A DNA stretch of 63,786 nt, filler included, from Octopus bimaculoides (GCF_001194135.2; 4 parts of 4 records of this genome joined end to end with filler, not necessarily neighbours in it), one strand, 5' to 3'. Shown: positions 1 through 12,659, numbered from the whole stretch's first letter. Numbers and translations are program-made. The notes: generated by a model not told the origin, from the sequence alone.

Positions 1-304
1 GCACACATGTTTGATCTGTAATAAAGCATTTTCCTTGCAGTTTTCAAAGGAAAAAAATGTCTTGACCTACCAGGTCCAGCGATCACATAAGTAATTCTTC
101 TACTGTGTGTTGACTAGGTCTACCATGCAATATCTTATTCTTTGGTACAGTTTCTGCCTGCTGGTTTCATTCACAAGGCATTGATCTGCCCAAGCCTAAC
201 GTAGAAGACATCTTCTTGTGTTACTCTGTGTGAATGAAGCAAAACTACATTGTTTTAGAACAAACATCTTAACCACACAGCCATGCCAGCACCTATATAG
301 ACAC

Positions 305-1075
305 ACACCATCATTGTCATCATTTAGCGTCTGTTTTCTATGTTGGCATAAGTTAGACAGTTCGACTGGTGAACTGCACCAGGCTCCAGTCTATTTTAGC
401 TTGGTTTCTATGGCTGGATGCCCTTCCTTATGCCAACCACTCCACAGAGTGTACAGGTGCTTTTTACATGTCACCGACACAGGTGTCTTTTATATATTAC
501 CAGCATGGATGCCTTTTACGTGTCACAGGCACTAGCCACAACTACAATTTCACTTTGCTTGGCATGTCTCCTGAAGCACAGCAAACCACCACGTCTTGAT
601 CACTTGTCATTGCCTCTGTGTGACTCAACATCCAAAGATTATATTTCACCACCTTCTCCCACATCTTCCTGTGTCTACCTCTTTCACAGGTTCCCTTCAC
701 TGTCAGAGATTGGTTCTTCACACAGCTGTCCTCGTCCATATGCGCCACATGTCCATACCAGCACAGTCTTCTCTTTCACACACTACATCTGATACCTCTT
801 ATACTCAATTTTTCTTTTAGCACACTCACACTCTGTCTTTGTCCAGCCTGTTTTCATTCTAGCAGCTTCCTCTGCTACTGATTTAGTCACCTAGGTAACT
901 GAAGCTATCTGCTTCTTCAAAATCCTGGGCATTTGATAAAGTCTTTCTTTGTACATTCCTAGTGTTTATTATGCCTACTCATCTGCCACACACAAAGACT
1001 ACTTTCTCTTTTAGCCTTCCTCTGATACTGCTGCACCTCTTATGTGTCCATAGCTTGCACTAGGTACACCTTATG
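305..1075 (-). mobile_element. Decayed RTE-clade LINE 3' fragment (RT C-terminus, ORF end, 3' UTR and (GAT)n tail)
   Basis: Tail catcattgtcatcatttagcgtctgttttc at ~308; 3' UTR gatgcccttccttatgccaaccac; coding remnants homologous to the plus-strand RT copy at 6360-7290; multiple stops. Confidence 0.8.
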
Positions 1076-1609
1076 GAGTTTACAGTTTTTCTACATATCA
1101 AGCAGGACCATATGTATGTGTGTGTTTGTGTGTGTGTGTATATATATNNNNNNNNNNNNNNNNNNNNNNNNNNNNNNNNNNNNNNNNNNNNNNNNNNNNN
1201 NNNNNNNNNNNNNNNNNNNNNNNNNNNNNNNNNNNNNNNNNNNNNNNNNNNNNNNNNNNNNNNNNNNNNNNNNNNNNNNNNNNNNNNNNNNNNNNNNNNN
1301 NNNNNNNNNNNNNNNNNNNNNNNNNNNNNNNNNNNNNNNNNNNNNNNNNNNNNNNNNNNNNNNNNNNNNNNNNNNNNNNNNNNNNNNNNNNNNNNNNNNN
1401 NNNNNNNNNNNNNNNNNNNNNNNNNNNNNNNNNNNNNNNNNNNNNNNNNNNNNNNNNNNNNNNNNNNNNNNNNNNNNNNNNNNNNNNNNNNNNNNNNNNN
1501 NNNNNNNNNNNNNNNNNNNNNNNNNNNNNNNNNNNNNNNNNNNNNNNNNNNNNNNNNNNNNNNNNNNNNNNNNNNNNNNNNNNNNNNNNNNNNNNNNNNN
1601 NNNNNNNNN

Positions 1610-1644
<35 letters not shown>

Positions 1645-1659
1645 GTATATATGTATTAT

Positions 1660-2825
1660 CATCATCATTTAATGTTGTCCATGCTGGCATGGGTTGGTCT
1701 GTTTGACCAGAGCTGGGGAGCTGCACTAGATTCCAGTCTGATTTGGCATGATTTCTACAGCTGGATGCCCTTCCTTAATGCCAGCCATTTTACAGTATGC
1801 TTTTATGTGGCCCTGCATGGGCGCTTTATACTACCTGATGGACTAGTTTTAACACTTCTGCTGCAGAGTATGGGTCTTCATGTGTACAGCAAGGTGCCAG
1901 GCATCTCAGTCCTTTGTCATCTCACCTGAAAGGTTCAGCATCCTGAGGTCATTCTTCAGTACCTCGTCCCATGTCTTCCTGGGTCTTCCACTTCTACGTG
2001 TTTTATCTATTTGAGAGAATGGCACTTCTTTAAGGAGTGGTAAGCATCCACCCATATCACATGACCAAACCAGCATAGTCTTCTTTCTTGCACACAACAA
2101 CTAATTCCTCTTATACTTAACTTCTCTCTCAAAGCACCAGCACTCTGTCAAACATGTACACTTACATTACACCTCCAGCAGAGCATACTAGTCTCATTCC
2201 TCTCTAACCTTTGCATATCCTCTGCATTTAGGGTCCACATCTCACTACCATGTAGAATTGCTGTCTGTATACATGCATTATACAATCTTATTTTCACTCA
2301 GAGAGAGAAATCTTTTGAGGCCAACAAAGGTAACAGCTCGCTGATTTTCCTCCATCCTGTTCTTATTCTAGTTATCACACTCTCTATGCATCCTCCCCCA
2401 CTACTAATTTGGTCCCCGAGGTTGCAGAAATTACCTACTACCTCTAATGAGCCACCAAGGCATTTGAGAGAATCAATTTCTCAAGTTTCTAAAGTTTTTA
2501 TGTGCATCTCCAACATATGAAATCTATTTTCTCTGATAACTTTCCTATTAATCCACTGCACCTCTTGTGTGTCCATAGCTTGTACTGGATACACCATATG
2601 GAGTTCCTGCCTACACCTTTCCTACAAATTGAACAGGGCTGCCTGCCTGAATTTCTTGTCTAGCTCTGATATGGAATTCACTATGAGGGCAAGATCATCA
2701 GCATATAGTAGTTCCCAGGGGCTGCCAGTATTGAATTCCTCTGTTATGGCATATATGTTTATATATATAAACATACATATATGTGTGTGTGTATATGTAC
2801 AAATTTCTCTGCCAAACAATAATAT
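1660..2825 (-). mobile_element. Decayed RTE LINE 3' portion
   Basis: Minus frames give TEEFNTGSPWELLYADDLALI (RT YADD motif) and RRSGRPRKTWDEVLKNDLRMLNL (RTE ORF end), followed by the shared 3' UTR and ATC tail. Confidence 0.9.
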
Positions 2826-2967
2826 AACAATCCATTGAGATCACTTAATATGCCAGAAAAAGAAACTCTGAATCATTCTCAACTTGCATATTAGTGTCTT
2901 AAAAACAGGAAAGAGCATGATATCATGTTAAGGACATTAAAAAAAAAAAAAGAATGGGAAAATGCTA

Positions 2968-3318
2968 TTGATTGTAGCCAGTACCGCCTGACTGGCCTTC
3001 GTAGGATTTTCGAGCGAGATCGTTGCCAGTGCCCCTGGACTGGCTCTTGTGCGGGTGTCACATAAAATACACTGTTTTGAGCATGGTCGTTGCCAGTACC
3101 GCCTGACTGGCCTTCGTGCGGGTGGCACGTAAAAGCACCTACTACAGTCTCTGAGTGGTTGGCGTTAGGAAGGGCATGCAGTGGTAGAAACTCTGCCAAA
3201 TCAGATTGGAGCCTGGTGTAGCCATTTGGTTTCACCAGTCCTCAGTCAAATCGTCCAACCCATGCTAGCATGGAAAGCGGACGTTAAACGATGATGATGA
3301 TGATGATGATGATGATGA
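2968..3318 (+). mobile_element. Young 5'-truncated RTE 3' UTR copy with hairpin units and (GAT)n tail
   Basis: Near-identical to the copies at 15455-15697, 17757-18207 and 59440-59781 in reverse orientation; ends ccatgctagcatggaaagcggacgttaaacgatgatgatg. Confidence 0.9.
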
Positions 3319-3620
3319 ATGCTCAACCAGGACCAACCTGTGGCTAAACAGCTATTAAAATAGTCAAGGTCCACAGATTAAACTGTGTGGTTAAGATGTT
3401 TGCTTTGCAACCATGTGGGTTTGGATTTGATACTAACCTATGGCATCTTTGGTAAGCATTTTCTTCTACCATATCCTTGACCATTTCCTTGTTTAATGTG
3501 TACTTGTGTATGAAGTATTAAAACAGGCAATAATGAAGACTGGGAGATATCTATGTTTGAGTTTTCAGCCCAGTAGTTCTTGGTCAGTCTGCATCAGCTG
3601 CACTCCTTATCTCATCACAG

Positions 3621-3621
<1 letters not shown>

Positions 3622-3698
<77 letters not shown>
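3622..3698. repeat. (TC)n microsatellite, representative of dozens of (TA)n, (CA)n, (GA)n, (ATC)n and (TATC)n tracts in the window
   Basis: Directly visible perfect dinucleotide run. Confidence 0.99.
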
Positions 3699-3702
<4 letters not shown>

Positions 3703-5113
3703 TGTTGGTACACTCATGCCTCTACTATCCATCACTCTTTCTACCATGATACACTCGTTGATCTTGTCTCTGCTCTCACCAGTGTTTCTACTATTAATCT
3801 TCTCAGTCCCCACCTTAAGCAAATGTTAGCATTGAGTAGTGAGAAAGAACTCAATGACTAAGTAATTGTGCTCTTTAAGACTCTATAGCCTTAGAGAGTA
3901 CAAAGCAACTTCACTAGTGTTGGTATCATAACAATATGTTATATTGCTGGCAAATAGTGGACATGAGATAAAGGTAGCCTTGTCTCTGTAGTCTTGTCAT
4001 AGTTCTGTCAACTTGTCTATACAGTACACTTTATAAAGTGGTTGATGATAGGAAATAGCATCCAGTGTGAGAAATCATTTCAAAAATGAATTGTATGAGC
4101 CAGACTCGGTCCCCTGAAGTGTCTCCTAATATAAGAACTGATTCAGACTGTTATGACTGTCCATCCCATGTCATCATGGAAATCAGACATACAACGATGG
4201 TGATGATGTTTGAAAATATATAAGCAGTATTGTATCAAAAAGTATGACGTCGTGGTTCACCAAATACAAATTGATAAAATAAGTACTGGGTTGATAGGAC
4301 ACTTCTTGTCATCAATGAAACCCTGGAAAGTGATACCCCACCATGGCCACTCTCCAATGATTGAAACTAATAAGATATTTATTTAATCATCCTGCCTGAT
4401 CCTCTGTTCTATGTATGTTCACTTTCCTGTAACTTGAGGGCATGCCCTGCCATCTCATCCCCACTATGATCACCTCTTTTTGCACTTGTGGTTAGTCTTG
4501 TATTTTCTCAAGATACCTGTTTCTGGCACTCCTTTTGACACTTGGCTTAAAGCCATCTCCCTCAATATGACACATCCGTTTACTTGAATGGTCTTGTCCT
4601 GCAAGTTACTTGGTGACCTCATTAGTGTTGGTGCCATGTAAGAAGTACCAGTATACACTCTGTAAAGTAGTTGCTATTAGGAAGGGCATTCAGCATACTG
4701 AAGTGGACATTGGAGCTTCGTGTAGTCCTCTGGTTCATCATAATGGAGCCTGAACATTTAACAATAATGGTAATGATGATGAACCATGTGAATCTGGTCT
4801 GAAAGACAGACAAAAATGTATACAACAAAATTTTATGCAAAAGAATAGACAAAAACCAATAAAAAGACAAATATAAAAAAAGAAATACAAAGGACATTTA
4901 GATATTTCTGTTGTTAAATCTTTTGTATCTTCCTTGAACTGAAAGATCTTATTTATCATTGGTGAATCTTTGAAAATAAATTGTACTGCCAACATTAGTA
5001 GCATTTTAAAGACCATTTTAAAAATGTTTTCTCTCTCACTAAAAGAATTTTTAAAAAAATTAGTTTTGAGTACAATCATTGGTGAACATTTTTTCTTGCA
5101 CAAAATTTCTCAT

Positions 5114-5880
5114 TTAACCCTTTTGATACCAACCCACATAAGACTTCTCCTGTTTCTATGATACAAACTTCCTGTTTTAAAGTGATCTAAATTAAAACCT
5201 TCCTTCAAAAATTTCATATTAAATTTATGTTTGAAACACCAACTTAACCCATAAACTGCGATAGGCCACCTCAGTGGCCAATGCAACAGTGCGACAGGCC
5301 ACGTGCTTGGCCACGGAGGTAGGGCATGATCTGACCTAATTTTGATGACATACAATGTATGCATACGATACCCTTTCACCCCAGAAACAGTGTAGCCAAT
5401 CACGGAAGGTGTTAAGAAACACTGAGTATTTTTTTCGAGTGATAGATCGACGTTGACGTTTACCCAAAATAGGCTCAGCTGTTCGTGTTACATACAGCAA
5501 AATCCCAGCAGCTTATGGGTTAATAATGACAAAGTTTAAATTCTTCATAATTTTCAAAATTAATTAAAAGGAAAGCTGTGTATTTCAGTAGAAATATGTT
5601 AACGAAGGGGCCCAAGTGATCTAAATTTAAACTTTCCAACAAAATTTCATGTTAGTTAATGTTCCAAACTCCAGCTTAATAATGACAGTTATTTTACTAA
5701 ATTCTTCATTATTCTGAAAATTAATTAAAACAGCAGTGTATTTCAACAGAAATATGCTGATAAAAGGTTTGAAGTGATCTAAATTAAAACCTCCCATCCA
5801 AATTTCTTTTTAACACCAGCTTAATAATAACAAAGTTACTTTACTAAATTTTTCATTATTTTCAAAATTATTTAAAATGA
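5114..5880. mobile_element. piggyBac-like non-autonomous element built of ~3 tandem ~150-bp AT-rich units
   Basis: Starts ttaaccctttt; recurring unit aagtgatctaaattaaaacc...cagcttaataatgacaaagtt...gtgtatttcaacagaaatatg. Confidence 0.55.
5248..5519. mobile_element. piggyBac-like MITE nested in the element above
   Basis: TTAA at 5244-5247 and 5520-5523; termini CCCATAAACTGC / GCAGCTTATGGG are 11/12 inverted match; removal restores the host unit (aac-ttaa-taatgacaaagtt). Confidence 0.85.
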
Positions 5881-6359
5881 AATTGGTGTATAACAAACTA
5901 TTCATATTCATTCTTATTACATTCTGTCAGGTTTGAACATGAGTATATGATTGCTGTTGTTTATTGTCCTCGGAAAACATCTCCTCTCTTTAGACAATGC
6001 CTTCCTGTTTCAATTTGCCAGAATGTGTTAAGATTGAATAGATACATTATTGCTTGGGTTCTTCATTTTCTGGATGCACCTCATGAAAGTCAGACTAATT
6101 CAATGGAAATATGTAAAAAAAAAAAAAAAATGTTAATAGGTCACCACGGCCTATTTATTGCAATTAATAATTCAGCCATTCTTTCAGCTCTTTTGTGTTG
6201 CATCTCCACTATTGCTTAACATTTCATATACGTCAGATCATGCTTAATCACATTTCTACCTAGTCTGCCTAATTCTTCCATGTTCAGCATCCCTGTTTGT
6301 TGTTACTGTACATCTTCAGATCCTGTTAGTATTTGTCATTTAATATTAAGGAACCTTAA

Positions 6360-7290
6360 CTGCTACAAAGGTAAAGGTGTAGATACAAATAATTACAAAG
6401 GTATCAAGTTGTTGGATCAGGTAATGAAAGTCACGGAGAGGGTCATAGCCCAACTAATTAGGGAGCGAGTCAGCTTAGATGAGATGCAGTTTGGGTTCGT
6501 GCCAGGGAAAAGCACCACTGATGCTATATTTCTGGTAAGGCAGCTGCAGGAGAAATACCTAACCTCTGTACCTGGCTTTCGTTGACATGGAGAAAGCCTT
6601 TGACAGGGTCCCCTGATCCCTTATCTGGTGGTCAATGCAAAAATTAGAGGTAGATGAGTGGTTAGTGAGAGCTGTACAAGACATGTTCAGGGATGCTGTC
6701 AGTAAGGTGAGGGTTGGCAACGAGTACAGTGAAGAACTCCGGGTAGAAGTAGGGGTCCACTAAGGATCAGTCCTCAGCCCCCTTTTATTCATCATAGTCT
6801 TCCAGGCAATAACAGAAGAATTCAAGAGAGGATGACCCTGGGAGCTTTTCTATGCTGACGACCTTGCTCTAATAGCTGAGTCACTATCAGAACTAGAGAA
6901 ATTTCATGTGTGGAAGCAAGGATTAGAATCAAAGGGCCTTAGAGTCAATCTAGCAAAAATCAAAATCTTAATAAGTAGGAAGGCAGACAAACCACAAATC
7001 CCTGCTCGATCTGTAGAAAAGGCGTAAGTAGAAACTCCATAAGATGTACTCGGTGTAAGCTATGGACACATAAGAGGTGCAGCAATATCAAAGGAAAGTT
7101 AACTGGGAAGATAGTTTTTGTGTGTGGCAAATGCTCAGGGGCAATAAACACTGAAATTGTGCAGAAAACAATTTCCATCACATTCCAGGGCGAAAAACTA
7201 CAAGTAGTTGATAGCCTCCGTTACCTAGGTGACCAAGTCAGTAGCGGGGGTGGATGCTCTGAGAGTGTAGGTGCTAGAATAAGAATAACA
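6360..7290 (+). mobile_element. RTE LINE reverse-transcriptase fragment (pseudogenised)
   Basis: YKGIKLLDQVMKVTERVI...QFGFVPGKSTTDAIFLVRQLQEKY, DMEKAFDRVP, GSVLSPLLF, ELFYADDLAL; frameshifts and stops. Confidence 0.95.
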
Positions 7291-7299
7291 AGATCTCTC

Positions 7300-7720
7300 A
7301 ATGGGAGAGAGGGTGTTATTGAGGGAAGTAGTTTTGTGCCAGTTGAAAGGTTATAGTATAATAAAGGGATAAAGAAAGGTGTCTTGCTATAGAAGAGATA
7401 CTTGGCTACCCCAGTAGGAAAAGAAAGAGAGGGAGAGAAAGACATTGATTGTGTTGGAGATATATTGGGACACCTACAAGGTACAGTGGGGGGAATACAA
7501 GTGGTATAGAGGAGATTGTTTAGAGATGAGGAAGAGGTGTAGCAAGTGATTGTGAGAGAAATTGGAGTTGCTGGTGGGAGGGGTATGGTAGATAAGTGAG
7601 GGCATGGAGAGTGTGCAGGACCTGCGATGGGTAGTGATCATGGGTGGGGGAAAGCAGGGTCTTGGGAAGAGTTTTGATAGGGGATAGACTCTGTGTGTGT
7701 GTGGGGGGGGAAGATGTCAT
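7300..7720 (-). mobile_element. Possible LINE endonuclease-region remnant (CR1/L2/Jockey-like)
   Basis: Pyrimidine-rich minus strand with LPKTLLSPTHDHYP, resembling the APE SDHxP motif; very degenerate. Confidence 0.3.
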
Positions 7721-7756
7721 GGCCATAAAGAATGTGCCTATATATATGGCCACAAT

Positions 7757-8990
7757 TTTACTTAGCTTGTGTCTTCTCAAGCACAGCAAATTGGCTGATG
7801 TCTTAGTCCATTGTCATCTCCTCTGTGAAGCTTAACATCTGAAGATAATTTCTCTCCTCTTTGTCTCACATGTTCCTAGGTTTACCTCTTCCACGTGTTC
7901 CCTCCACAATTAGAGATCAGCACTTCTTGATATATCTGCCCTCATCCACTTGCATTATATGCCCAACCACTGCAGTCTTCTCTCATGTACACAACATCTG
8001 ATGCCTCTTATACCCAATTTTTCTCTTAAACTGTTCATGCTTTGTCACACATGCACAGTGACATTGCACATCCAGCAGAGTATACTGGCTTCATTTCTTT
8101 TAAGCCTTCACATGTCTTCTGCAGTCACAGCCTATGTTTTGTGGTCATGTAACATAGCTGTTCATATACAGGCATCATACAATCTGACTTTCACTCTGAT
8201 AGAGAGGACCTTTGTTACCAGCAAAAGAAATAACTCTCTGGACTTTGTCCAACAGGTTCTTATTCCAGCAACTATGCTTTCAGAACATCCACCTCTACTG
8301 CTAACTTGATCACCTTGGTAACGGAAGCTATCTACTACTTCTAAGGATTCCCCCAGACATTTGAAGGCATGTAGTTCTTGTACGTTTTTAGTGTTTATTG
8401 TTCTTGCACATCTGCCACACACAAAGACTACTTTCTCTGTTAACTTTCCTGTGATTCCACTGCACCTCTTATGTGTCCATAGTTTGCTGTTGCTACACCA
8501 TATGGACTTTTTACCTTCGCCTTTCTACATATCAAGTGGGGCTATCTCCCTGAAAGGACTAGTAATTTGTCTGCTTTCCTACTTACTAGTACTTTGGTCT
8601 TTGCTAAATTAACTCTAGGGCCCTTTCATTGAGAACTTGCTTCCACACTTGAAATTTCTTCTCTAATTCTAGTGGAGATTCAGCTTATAAGAAAGTCATC
8701 AATATAGGGGAGCTCCTAAGGGCTACCAGTGTTAAATTCCTGTTATTGCCTGGAAGATTATGATAAACAAGGGGGAATGAGAATTGATCCTTGGTGAATG
8801 CCTTCTTGCATACTAAATTCACTGTTATACTCATTGCCAACTTTCACTTCAGTGTACATGGCTTGTACAACTCTTATCAACACTTATCTACCCTTAGCTT
8901 CTACATTGACCATCAGATGAGGAAGTGAGAGACTCTGTGAAAGGCTTTCTCCTTGTTGACAAAGGTCAAGTACAGAGGTTTATTCCTTGC
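7757..8990 (-). mobile_element. Decayed RTE LINE 3' portion, inverted relative to 6360-7290
   Basis: CGRCARTINT...ESLEVVDSFRYQGDQVSSRGGCSESI...KVRLYDAC, the same region as CGKCSGAINT...QVVDSLRYLGDQVSSGGGCSES on the plus copy. Confidence 0.9.
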
Positions 8991-10743
8991 TAAATGATTC
9001 TCCTGCAGTTACCTTACCAAGAAGATAACATCAGTAATGCTCCTCTACTGGTACAAGGCCAAATGCATCTCATCTAGGTTAACTCTCTTTTTAATTAGTT
9101 GAGCTATGACCCTTTCTGTAACTTTCATAACCTATGACTACTTTTCTATTCGTTGCAATTTATTTCTGTCTGGTGGNNNNNNNNNNCAGAGGTTTATTCC
9201 TTGCTAAATGATTCTCCTGCAGTTACCTTACCAAGAAGATAACATCAGTAATGCTCCTCTACTGGTACAAGGCCAAATGCATCTCATCTAGGTTAACTCT
9301 CTTTTTAATTAGTTGAGCTATGACCCTTTCTGTAACTTTCATAACCTATGACTACTTTTCTATTCGTTGCAATTTATTTCTGTCTGGTGGCTAATTAAGA
9401 TAAAATGTTAATTATTCATTAAGCCCCTCAACATATGTGAGTGAAGATGCCTTGTGTAATGATTTTGGTTGTTGGGCTTACAATTGTTAAGTTGTGAGTT
9501 CTTGGACTGGTGGCATATTACATTTTTGAGCAAAGTGCTTTGATGTTACTTCAGTCCACTCTGCTGAAAGGTAGTACCAGTAATATTTTTGGAGATTGGG
9601 GTTAACCCTGCAATGGACTGGCATACCATCTAGAGGAGAGTTCAGACAGATTTAATACAGATTTTCATTATTATCATCATTTAAATGTTCACGTTCCATG
9701 CTGGGATGGGTTGGATGGTTTGAAAAGATCTGATGGGTCCAAGGACTGCATTGTGCTGTACAGTCTGCTTTGGCATGGTTTCTACAGCTGGATGCCAACC
9801 ACTTTACAGTGTATACTGGATGCACTTTAAAAAATTTCTGTGACACCAGCACTAGTAAGGTTACCATGCAGCTTGCAGGACTACAAATCTCCAGGGAAGA
9901 GCTTTATGCTAGGAGATGAGGGATTAAGGTATGAAAGAAGGAGCCAAAGCAGAACAGGTTTTTTGCTGTAGAAGATTTTGTTTGATGTTGTTGTCATCAC
10001 CCTCCTCCTTCTTTAGCATTCTTATTGCTGTGTGAAATGTAATGCTTAGTCATTCACGTTGTTTTGAATTGATCATCCATTATCTTGTAGCTTTGGGATT
10101 TTGATGATGTGATCATTTATTTCTAGAATGACATTGCAGGAGTGGTGTAAGAGGCTGGATCTGGTTGGTTTGAACATAAAACAGATAGAATATTTGGGCT
10201 GGATATGGCTGGTTTAAATGCTAAAGGGTTAATGTTTGTTTTCTATGCTGGCATGCATTAGACAGCTTGGAACTGGCAAGGCCAGGGGAAGTACTATGTT
10301 CCACAGTCTGTTTTGGTTTGGTTTCTACAGCTGAATGCTTTTCCTAATGTCAACCACTTTTCAGAGTGTACTGGGTGCCTTTTTACATGACACTATTTAT
10401 TGTTTATAAAAACGTACTTCTTTATATTCCATTTATTTGTCATATAAAATGGCAAATAAATGATACTGGAATTATGTGTGTTTCTTGCTTATTTTTATTG
10501 CCATTCCACTCTTGGACAGTTCAGTAATATATCAGATGTTTTTCTTTTCTCTGTGAGAAGGAGTTATTGGCACATGACAAAACCCTTCTCTGTTTTTCTA
10601 AAATGGGAAACTTTGAGTGGTCTCTCATCACCACTACAATCACCATTGCCACAATCATCACCATCATCACCATTGTTATTTACGTAAACCCTCGTGAAAT
10701 AATGACAAATGTATTTAATTCTTGTGAATTTTTCTTTCTGCAG

Positions 10744-10798
10744 CCTCAGATGATGGTCCAATATGTTCCATGACGTCTACTAGTCGAGAATTAATATG
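10744..10798 (+). CDS. THOC6: THO complex subunit 6 (WD40) internal coding exon, phase 1-2
   Basis: tttttctttctgcag|...|gtaaat; encodes (A)SDDGPICSMTSTSRELI(C), matching recalled human AHDGPVYSMVSTDRHLLS. Confidence 0.9.
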
Positions 10799-10984
10799 GT
10801 AAATATAAGATTTTAATTGCAGAATTTTTGTGGCTGAATGTCCTTCACATTTTAAACCTTTATCTGTTTCTAAGTAGAATTATATTTCCCCCATGGCCAG
10901 ACCTGTTTCCCCAGAAGGTTGGAAATGAGGGACTCAGCTTGTATGACAATATTTGTTTATAACTATCATGGCATGTCAGGAGGA

Positions 10985-11023
<39 letters not shown>

Positions 11024-11261
11024 ACATATGTAACAGGCTTTACCAAATTCACTTGCAAGGCTTTGGTCAGCCCAGGGTTATAGCAAAAGACATTTGCTCA
11101 AGATACCATTTAGTGGGACTGAACCCCAAAACTATATAATTGGAAAATTAACTTCTTAATCATGCTGCTATACCTGCCCTTCAAAAACGAAAAGGTTATT
11201 TTACTTAATTTTACAAACTTCTACTGATATCACATTCTTGATTATCTTCAAAATAAATTAA

Positions 11262-11472
11262 CCCTTTAACAATAAAACTGGCCATATCTGGCCCGAATAT
11301 TGTACCTGTTTTATATTCCAACTGGCCAGATTATATCTATCCTAAATTATTCTTCTAAAAATATGAAATCACATAATTGTAATCTTAAAGCTTTGAGATA
11401 ATGTGTGATTAAGTGAAAATAACATGAATGAACAAACATTGTATTTTACAGAATAATCTGAATGCTAAAAGG
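11262..11472. mobile_element. piggyBac-like MITE
   Basis: TTAA on both sides (11258-11261, 11473-11476); termini CCCTTTAACA / TGCTAAAAGG; a related end tgctaaagggttaa occurs at ~10218-10232. Confidence 0.75.
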
Positions 11473-11639
11473 TTAAAACCCACCGTATTTCAGAAGAAAT
11501 ATGGTAATGAAATTTTAAAAGATCTTATAATCATAATTTTTCGAACTGAAGTTTTCATTTCTGATTCATTGTCAACCATAATTATAAAATTCTTTCTTGC
11601 CTTTAACCCTACAACGCGGAGTATAGGCCACTTATAATT

Positions 11640-11930
11640 GAGTTCCATGTCGCATTATTTTTCGTTTCTGTATTTATACTCTGTCATGAATGTCCCCCTT
11701 TCTCTAGTTCCTTTTGTGATGATCTACGCCACGAGTTCTTAGGCCTACCCCTCTTTCTATATCCATCCGGATTCCACTGTAAAGCACTTTTCGCTGCATT
11801 TTCCGTGTCTTTTCTGATTGTGCAACCAATCGATTTCCACTTTTTCTTAAATATTTGCTCCCTAATTGAAACTTGATTCGTTCTTTGCCATAGCTCCATA
11901 TTGCTTATGTGTTCGGGCCATCTGATTTTA
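11640..11930 (-). mobile_element. 3' end of a second RTE (BovB/RTE-1-like) family
   Basis: LWQRTNQVSIREQI..KWKSIGCTIRK...AKSALQWNPDGYRKRGRPKNSWRRS, the typical RTE ORF C-terminus, distinct in sequence from the dominant family. Confidence 0.8.
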
Positions 11931-12021
11931 TAATTATAAAAGGAGAATAGAAATAGATTTTACAGAATGTCTTAAAATATTTGATGATTGTCTATTAAAT
12001 ATTGTGAAAATATATTTTCAG

Positions 12022-12073
12022 TGGGTGCAGTGGCTACATAAAGGCATGGCTCTGGAGTCATATTATCAAACGA
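12022..12073 (+). CDS. THOC6: THOC6 internal coding exon, phase 2-0
   Basis: tatattttcag|...|gtaagt; encodes GCSGYIKAWLWSHIIKR versus human AGDGEVKAWLWAEMLKK; in frame with the previous exon. Confidence 0.93.
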
Positions 12074-12322
12074 GTAAGTTGATTTAAATTCCCTTGAAAG
12101 AAATTTTTTGTTTTTTTGTATTTTCACTTTTGTTCTATTAAAGTTCACAAAACTTAGTGAATTACTATAGCAACAAGGATAGAGTTAGTTCATCCATTCT
12201 TTTAAGCTTGTGTCAAAATTAACATTGATCACAAAATGAAATTATTATTCTTGACATGAACTTCCTTTTAGTTTTTAAGACTTCAATTTTTTTAATTTCC
12301 TGTTGCTGCCTCTCCTGCTGCT

Positions 12323-12323
12323 T

Positions 12324-12378
<55 letters not shown>

Positions 12379-12400
12379 CACTACTACTACTACTACCAAA
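12323..12400. repeat. (ACT)n microsatellite
   Basis: Directly visible. Confidence 0.98.
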
Positions 12401-12627
12401 ACCACCACCACTATTATAGGTGTTGAATGTGCCTTCTTTGATTTTGTATGCAAGACTATTTTAATAGAAAGTTGTCAATGTTATGTAATACTGTTGCATA
12501 CAAGACTACATCAATATAAAGCTATTATGTATCACTAGAGAAAATTGGATAATGAACTGGTAAAGCTAGAGAAATACTGTAAAGTGATTATGATTTGCTG
12601 ATAAAAGTGTTGCTGAAATGAATACCT

Positions 12628-12659
<32 letters not shown>

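Noticed and set aside
1044-1929. Long ORF-track entries spanning N runs or microsatellites (also 18859, 37137, 42316, 52087, 55960 and others)
   Set aside because: Open only because of Ns or stop-free dinucleotide repeats; no protein signal.
8977-9390. Apparent 200-bp tandem duplication
   Set aside because: The two copies are identical and flank a 10-N gap, the signature of unmerged contig overlap. The same pattern occurs at 22967-23340 and 47441-48108.
10525-10616. Possible THOC6 exon NISDVFLFSVRRSYWHMTKPFSVFLKWETL (phase 2-1)
   Set aside because: Only KPxxxF resembles the expected sequence and the donor (gtggtc) is weak.
10720-10790. Minus-strand DVMEHIG resembling SUPT7L DVMEQ
   Set aside because: Antisense to a well-supported THOC6 exon, wrong position and strand, and it hits a stop; coincidence.
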